From Octopus sinensis (taxonomy: Eukaryota), in assembly GCF_006345805.1 (NCBI RefSeq), contig NW_021834777.1:1-25934 (forward strand): DNA of 25,934 nucleotides. The letters run 5' to 3'. A program made the translations under genes and the position numbers. Positions 19,149 through 25,934 of the stretch are shown one piece after another (within the stretch, counting starts at the first letter, position 1; the number at the start of each line of letters is the position of its first letter). The notes under the pieces were generated by a model. The model saw only the letters and a list, made by a program, of their open reading frames with translations. It was not told the origin of the DNA and ran no database searches.

Positions 19149-20625
19149 TCCCCCTCCCTCCATCACTCTAAAAGGTTTTTCTATTATCATGAATTTATTC
19201 AAGTTTGTCTCTTTTAAATAGTATTTTCTCTCTCTCTGATTCTCTTTTTGTTTCTTTGTTTTGAATTCTTATTGATAAGAAAAATATTTCAATGTTTTTT
19301 CGAACTAGGGTGAATCTGTGAGGCGACTCAACATTGAGAACTGATATCTCTTACTCAAATTAAAATAACCGTTACCAGTTTTTGCATTACCAAATTACTA
19401 AAAACTACTTCACTTTGACGCGCTGAGATCGGAAATTACTCTGCAGTTAATAAACTACAGCATACTGTATATCTAGATGTCTTGCAAACAACTTGCACAT
19501 GCAAGTGCTTCCAGTTAAAAGCTCCGTATACCGGAAGCTAGCAAGTGAATGGGGTCATCAGGAGAGAATGCGCGCCGTTTCGGGGCCTACCTCTCGACGG
19601 CATCAATGCGCACCGGCTCCCCTCACTGATATGAGGCCCCGCTTGCTAGATCAGCTGGTTATGAAGAACTCAATATACTTCTAGCCATCGCTCATCGTCT
19701 CTTTTTAACCAAATCCAGTGGCTAGCCTTCTCCACTGTAGATTGGATATCAGTCATGGTGGTATTGACTTTACGATGAGTTAAGCCTATCGATAACAACA
19801 GTCGTCTCACTTTTAGTGGTCAGTCCTCTAAATTTTGTATGTAAAAAAAATTTTAATCTTCGGGTTTTTTTTTAAATATGCTAGGCCCCTGGTTTTAATT
19901 GATTAATATCAATTTCTACCCTTATCTAATTTATATATACTGGCAAACGCACCCGTTCTTTGGATGGTTTAAGTTGCTTTGGTGGTATTTTTTCATCAAA
20001 TAATTGAACTACTTCGAATGTTTATGAGTAGCACGGCAATCTATGTATCCGATTAACTTAGGAACGGAAAACCAAATTGAAGGCTGGTTATTGTGAATGT
20101 CGTTGCACTTTAATGATCATAGAACATACAAGCGCTGCAAAGTGGACCTACTGGAGTGTTTTGGGAGTAGATTATGGATATTGACCACAAAATATAGTTG
20201 TTTTACATGAAAGCGAAATTTCTTGTCAGAAACAGCTACATAAATGGTGTAAGGAAATTGAAGAAAGACGTCGAAACTTCCCCTCTGCGAGTTTATTTTT
20301 CTCAACAGGAAATGAAGCTATTTTTTCAGAGAGATATGCTAACAAAAACCCACATAGCCTGCGCATAAAATAACAGCGAATACCGCATAAAATTAAGTTG
20401 GTATGGAGCTTTCTGAAAGATACGTATAGCTTTCGCTAGTGGGAACAAAACTCTTATTTAAAGGCTGATTCTTTGGGACGAATCATATGTGATTGTTTTT
20501 TAAAAAAAGGGCTGAATGACAATGCTAAAACGTATTTGAAACAATGGACAACAGGCGAAATATCATAATGGATGGGTAAATAAGCATCCTTAAAGCGAAA
20601 CAACGGTATCAAAGGTAAACAAAGG

Positions 20626-20988
20626 GGATCTTTTCCTTTTGATGGACGGAAATTTCTAGTTAACTAAACAATTTGAAACTTCGTATACTGGTAGAATGTG
20701 TCAAAAGAAAACATTATTTTCACTTGGCTTTTTTGAGAAAATTGTAATTTGTAAGTTTAACGTAGTTTAATTCTTCGAATTTTAACCAATGAATTGCCAG
20801 CATTTGAGCTGAAATCATTTGCGTTATCGATATTGATAAACAAAGGAGGAGACGCACGCCGCATATACACACACACACACATATATTCAGATACATACAC
20901 ACGTACACTTGCACACATTCTACCAGTATACGAAGTTTCAAATTGTTTAGTTAAGTAGAAAATTCCGTCCATCAAAAGGAAAAGATCC
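20626..20988. mobile_element. MITE with 75-bp TIRs and an 8-bp TSD (Merlin- or MULE-like)
   Basis: TIRs at 20626-20700 and 20914-20988 begin GGATCTTTTCC and differ at 2 positions. Perfect TSD AACAAAGG at 20618-20625 and 20989-20996. Confidence 0.88.
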
Positions 20989-21238
20989 AACAAAGGTATC
21001 AACTAATAGAAGAGAAGGAAGGGAACACCACCTTTCAAGTAACTCAGAATGCGTTGTAGCAGAAGCGATTTACGCTGCCATTGTGGGAGATGCTTTCATT
21101 TTGACTCATCTAGGCTTAAATACCCCAATATTGACCCCACAAGGTCTTTTCGTTCCAGCGGTCACATGACCTCGTGATTAACCGAACCTGTTGTTTTTAT
21201 TGGTCGGCTTCCAGCTGTCCAATTGTGTTGGCGTAACA

Positions 21239-21436
21239 GGCGCAGGAGTGGCTGTGTGGTAAGTAGCTTGTTTATCAACCACATGGTTCCGGGTTCAGTC
21301 CCACTGCGTGGCACCTTGGGCAAGTGTCTTCTACTATAGCCTCGGGCCGACCAAAGCCTTGTGAGTGGACTTGGTAGACGGAAACTGAAAAGAGGCCCGT
21401 CGTATATATGTATAAGGTGTGTGTGTGTGTGTGTGT

Positions 21437-21468
<32 letters not shown>

Positions 21469-21674
21469 TGTGTTTGTCCCCCCAGTATTGCTTGACAACC
21501 GATGGTGGTGTGTTTATGTCCCCGTAACTTAGCGGTTCGGCAAAAGATACCGATAGAATAAGTACTAGGCTTCCAAAGAATAAGTCCCGGGGTCGAGTTG
21601 CTCGATTAAAGGCGGTGCTCCAGCATGGCCGCAGTCAAATGACTGAAACAAGTAAAAGGATAAAGAGTAAGAGT
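21239..21674 (+). mobile_element. SINE family A, full length
   Basis: As 18270-18670, with a (GT)n centre. Confidence 0.92.
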
Positions 21675-22228
21675 ATATTTTTCCTTATTCGGGAAATTAA
21701 CCACCAGCTTCTGGGAGCCCATTATTCCCTATAAGTACGGTAGTTCTCGACTGTTCTATGTCTTTGGCACTCGTCGCCACTGACCACATGCACAACTCGT
21801 CTCCAGCAACGATGTATCTGACACCAGCCAGTCTCAGTTTTCATCTCCACCAGGACATCTTCGTTATAAGGTAAAGGTAAGCTTGCCAAAGTTTAATGCA
21901 GTTTAAATATGGAGATTAAGATTGTTTGGTAATGGATAGTCATCGCGTACAGTGTTCCTAGTCAATTTGATAACCGTCACAGGTGAAAATAAATAAATAA
22001 ATAAATAGACAAAATTCTTTCACTTTTATAAAAAGATTTTTTAAAGTATGGAAGACCCTACATACAAAACTTTAGTCCATTTATGCGTTAGCTCTGGGCA
22101 AAATGTTATAGTGCATGGCCATTGGACATAAGTAATGTGTTTGTAAAGTTTGGTGAAAATCGGGTGAGGATTGTGGAAATGTATGCGTTAGTCATTATAA
22201 ACACACATCATACCGTGATTTATATATA

Positions 22229-22635
22229 CTCTCTCTTTTACTCTTTTACTTGTTTCAGTCATTTGACTGCGGCCATGCTGGAGCACCGCCTTTAGTCGAG
22301 TAAATCGACCCCAGGACTTATTCTTTGTAAGCCTAGTACTTATTCTATCAGTCTCTTTTGCTGAACCATGAAGTTACGGGTACGTAAACACACCAGCATC
22401 AGTTGTCAAGCAATGCTAGGGGGACAAACATAGACACACAAGCATATACACACATACATATATCTACATATATACGACGGGCTTCTTTCAGTTTCCGTCT
22501 ACCAAATCCACTCACAAGGCTTTGGTCGGCCCGAGGCTATAGTAGAAGACACTTGCCCAAGGTTCCACGCAGTGGGAATGAATCTGGAACCATATGGTTG
22601 GTTAGCAAGCTACTTACCACAGCCACTCCTGCGCC
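22229..22635 (-). mobile_element. SINE family A, full length
   Basis: Reverse complement of family A. Confidence 0.9.
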
Positions 22636-23029
22636 TATACTAAATATATATTTTTTAAAAGTTTAAAATAGTCATCATGACATATTTATCCTTTATTGGA
22701 GCAAATTTGGCTTACAAGCGTTTCCAGTTGTCACTATGAGTACATTACTGATAGGTGTACTTAATTGATCTATTGATCAATTGAGAAAAATTGAACGTCC
22801 TAAGAAAGCTAATGCTACTTTCGTCAGAACCATTTACACTTTGTGTAAGAAACCAGTTTGTTTGGAGCCCATCCACGGATTTACAATATAGAATTGTGAT
22901 GAACCATAACCTTGAACCCTGCCAAAAGAATACCTGGAGTTCTTCACTAATCTAAGTAATACTGTTAGCCTGGTGTGCCAAGAGAAAGCTTATGAAGTAT
23001 TATGTCTGGGTTGATAATCCCCCATTATA

Positions 23030-23055
23030 TAGATGGATGGATGGATGGATGGATG

Positions 23056-23142
<87 letters not shown>

Positions 23143-23205
23143 GGATGGATGGATAGGTGGGTGGATGGATGGATGGATGGGTGGATGGGTGGGTGGGTAG
23201 GTAGG

Positions 23206-23260
<55 letters not shown>
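23030..23260 (+). repeat. (GATA/GGAT/GGGT)n compound microsatellite
   Basis: Directly visible. Confidence 0.97.
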
Positions 23261-23759
23261 GGGGGAGAAAAGAACAGGTAGAGGTAGGGAGAGAGAGAAA
23301 TAGAGAGAGACGGGATGAGAAAGAGGGAGGGAGAGAGAAAGAGAGAGAGAAATAAATAAGCAATTTATGCAGATTAAATGGAGTCAACAATAACAATTGA
23401 ATCAGCAACTCTTGATATCGGAAGTGTTTTTACGGGTCCGAAAATACCGAAGTGTGGACTAGATTTCATAGAGATTAGTGCAACTAAGCAAGATTAATTT
23501 GTTGTTACGAGTGAGATAAAGCAAGGCTGTTTTTTGAACGCCGTGGATTAAACTAATCATCATGATTTAACCAACAAAAACCACTATTTTATATCGCTTA
23601 ATCGTATCATAGCACTGTGGCTGTATAACAAGGTTAGAGATACATTCTAGGATATTGGCCGATTACATGAAATTTCAGACTTGGTGACTTGGTTCAGTCA
23701 GCCTCAGAAAGAAGAATGATGGCTGAAACTTATACATATATACATGTGGTTATATATTG

Positions 23760-23950
23760 TGACCTCCTTCGGTAATGAATGACCATGGAATTGCACCTAG
23801 AGAGCTACCCTCCGAGGGTAGCAAGGTTATTTATGGAAGACCAGCAGTCGCCCATGCATACCGGCCTCCCCTCTCTACGCCACCGATGTTATCCAAGGGA
23901 AAGGCAAAGGGGCCGATACAGCTTGGCACCAGTGACGTCGCAGCTCATTT
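23760..23950 (-). mobile_element. Fragment of an RTE-related non-autonomous element / SINE 3' part
   Basis: The minus-strand end ATGGTCATTCATTACCGAAGGAGGTC resembles the RTE tail at 5836-5870. The body GGTGCCAAGCTGTATCGGCCCCTTTGCCTTTCCCTTGG resembles RTE 5' UTR-derived SINE bodies (from recall). Confidence 0.55.
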
Positions 23951-23951
23951 A

Positions 23952-24241
23952 TTAACGTGTAAGTGGCTGAGCACTCCACAGACACGTGTACCCTTAACGT
24001 ATTTCTCGAGGAGATTCAGCGTGACACAGAGTGTGACAAGGCTGACTCCCTTTGAATTACAGGCACAACAGAAACAGGAAGAAAGAGTGAGAGAAAGTTG
24101 TGGTGAAAGAGTACAGCAGGGATCGCCACCATCCCCTGCCGGAGCCTCGTGGAGCTTTAGGTGTTTTCACTCAATAAACACTCACAATACCCGATTTGGG
24201 AATCGAAACCGCGAACCTTACCACTGGGCCATTGTGCCTCC
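23952..24241 (-). mobile_element. SINE family B, tail type 1, with an internal deletion in the tRNA head
   Basis: Homologous to 444-824. Confidence 0.85.
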
Positions 24242-24244
24242 TAT

Positions 24245-24278
<34 letters not shown>

Positions 24279-24284
<6 letters not shown>

Positions 24285-24360
24285 ATCACGTGACCGACCA
24301 GACCATCAGATGTTGCTACACATCGCTGGTCACAATGCCTCCGCATTGTTTTAGCCTTCG
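24279..24360 (-). mobile_element. SINE family B tail type 2 fragment
   Basis: CACGTGATCACGTGACCGACCAG... is the reverse complement of the tail at 7990-8075. Confidence 0.8.
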
Positions 24361-24376
24361 AATATATATATATATA

Positions 24377-24457
24377 ATTACAAGTATAAACCTGCACTTG
24401 TAATCTGGATACAGTAACTGAAGATTTCTCAATAGTTCAGCATAGGTATTCTCTTTT
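24377..24457 (-). mobile_element. Short R4/Dong-like fragment
   Basis: Homologous to 4990-5070; reads KENTYAELLRNLQLLYPDYKCRFILVI. Confidence 0.7.
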
Positions 24458-24476
24458 ACAATTATATTATTGGTGT

Positions 24477-24643
24477 TGCTGTGTGATAAGTAACTTGCTT
24501 ACCAACCACATGGTTCTGGGTTCAGTCCCACTGCGTGGCACCTTGGGCAAGTGTCTTCTACTATAGCCTCGGGCCGACCAAAGTCTTGTCAGTGGATTTG
24601 GCAGACTGAAACTGAAAGAAGCCTGTCGTATATATGTATATAC

Positions 24644-24684
<41 letters not shown>

Positions 24685-24904
24685 TGTGAGTGTGCATATG
24701 TTTGTGTGTCAGTGTTTGTCCCACCAACATCACTTGACAACCGAAGCTGGTGTGTTTACGTCCCCGTAACTTAGCGGTTCGGCAAAAAGAGACCGATAGA
24801 ATAAGTACTAGGCTTACAAATAATAAGTCCTGGGGTCGATTTGCCCGACTAAAGGCGGTTCTCCAGCATGGCCGCAGTCAAATGACTGAAACAAGTAAAA
24901 GAGT
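24477..24904 (+). mobile_element. SINE family A, slightly 5'-truncated
   Basis: As the other family A copies. Confidence 0.9.
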
Positions 24905-24921
24905 ATATATATATGTATATA

Positions 24922-25190
24922 TCACGTGATCGACCAGACCATCAGATGTTGTTACACATCGCTGGTCACAATGCCTTTGAATGACACGACCCCGCTGGCT
25001 AAGCGAGCAGGCCAACAGAAGAAAGAGTGGGAGAAAGAGTGATGAAAGAGTACGGCAGGGATCGCCACCCCCTGCCGGAGCGCCGTGGAGCTTTTAGGTG
25101 TTTTCCCTCAATAAACACTCCCAACATCCGGTCTGGGAATCGAAACCACGATCCCACGACCGCGAGTCCGCTGCCCTAACCACTGGGCCA
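24922..25190 (-). mobile_element. SINE family B, tail type 2
   Basis: Reverse complement of 7775-8075 with an internal deletion. Confidence 0.85.
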
Positions 25191-25339
25191 TACATAGATA
25201 TTTTATAAGTTATGGAAAAATAAGTAGAAGTGATGACGGTATCTTTTTTCTTTCTTTCTTTCTTTCTATATTAGATATGAAAATACGTTTTCATTATTAA
25301 TATATTTCATGTAAACTTGCAAGACCATTTACTTATACA

Positions 25340-25362
25340 TAGATATATGCCATACATATTAT

Positions 25363-25393
<31 letters not shown>

Positions 25394-25765
25394 TATATAC
25401 ATGTATATACATTGCATGTATATTTATGTATGCATTGTGTATGTATGTTATGTGTATATATATGTATATGTATGCGTATGTGTATATGTATACATTGTAT
25501 GTATGTATTTGTGTGTATATGTGGTATATTTATGTATGTGTATGTAAACACTAAATATATGTATATATGTATATGTGTATATGCATTGTCTATATATATA
25601 TATGTTATATTTGTGTGTGTATATTATATGTGTGTGCGTTGTGTGTGTGTTGTGTGTGTGTGTGTGTTGTGTGTGTGTGGGGGGGGATCAGATATGTGTG
25701 TGTGTGTGTGTGTATGGTGTGTGTGTGGTGGTGTGTGTTATGATGTGCGTGTGTATGTATGTATG
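25340..25765. repeat. Degenerate (TA)/(TG) low-complexity tract
   Basis: Directly visible. Confidence 0.92.
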
Positions 25766-25934
25766 AATTCAAAAAAGTTTTTTTACATACTTGCCACATA
25801 ACATGTATATATACAGTCTTTGGTAACAGGGACATGTTAAGGACATAAAGAAGTACAACAGTGTGATGAGAATATTTGAAAAAATGGGCAGAAAAGAATA
25901 AACCAAATAGATATATATATATGTATATATATAT

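Noticed and set aside
19550-19590. Hammerhead-like GAAAC and CTGATGA on the minus strand
   Set aside because: The segments that should form stem II (CCCC and CCCC) are not complementary.
19935-22228. Possible old Helitron ends at ~19940 and ~22225
   Set aside because: Too degenerate: no clean CTAG or TC terminus could be paired.
22934-22969. Possible 36-nt phase-2 micro-exon (CAG|...AG|GTATTC) compatible with the 17527 acceptor
   Set aside because: The donor is weak and such matches arise by chance; it cannot be supported without RNA-seq.

Overview
Eukaryotic, AT-rich, repeat-dense genomic DNA. The SINE families and microsatellites look like those of Octopus or another coleoid cephalopod (recognition, not a database result). 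The window appears to lie inside one minus-strand protein-coding gene. Three internal coding exons can be joined with canonical GT-AG sites and matching phases (17527-16582, 10325-10178, 2902-2766). They encode an unidentified coiled-coil / low-complexity protein whose start and stop were not found in the window. The introns hold at least four tRNA-derived SINE families, four non-autonomous Helitrons, RTE and R4/Dong-like LINE remnants, hAT-, piggyBac- and Merlin/MULE-like MITEs, and long microsatellites. Most ORFs in the track are repeat artefacts. The main things worth following up are: a coding exon enclosed by co-oriented Helitrons (a possible exon-capture substrate), a minimal hammerhead-ribozyme-like motif in the sense of the pre-mRNA, a 157-bp-arm hairpin, and a 40-bp inverted repeat that covers a cryptic in-phase stop exon and places A:C mismatches on it (candidate ADAR substrates).
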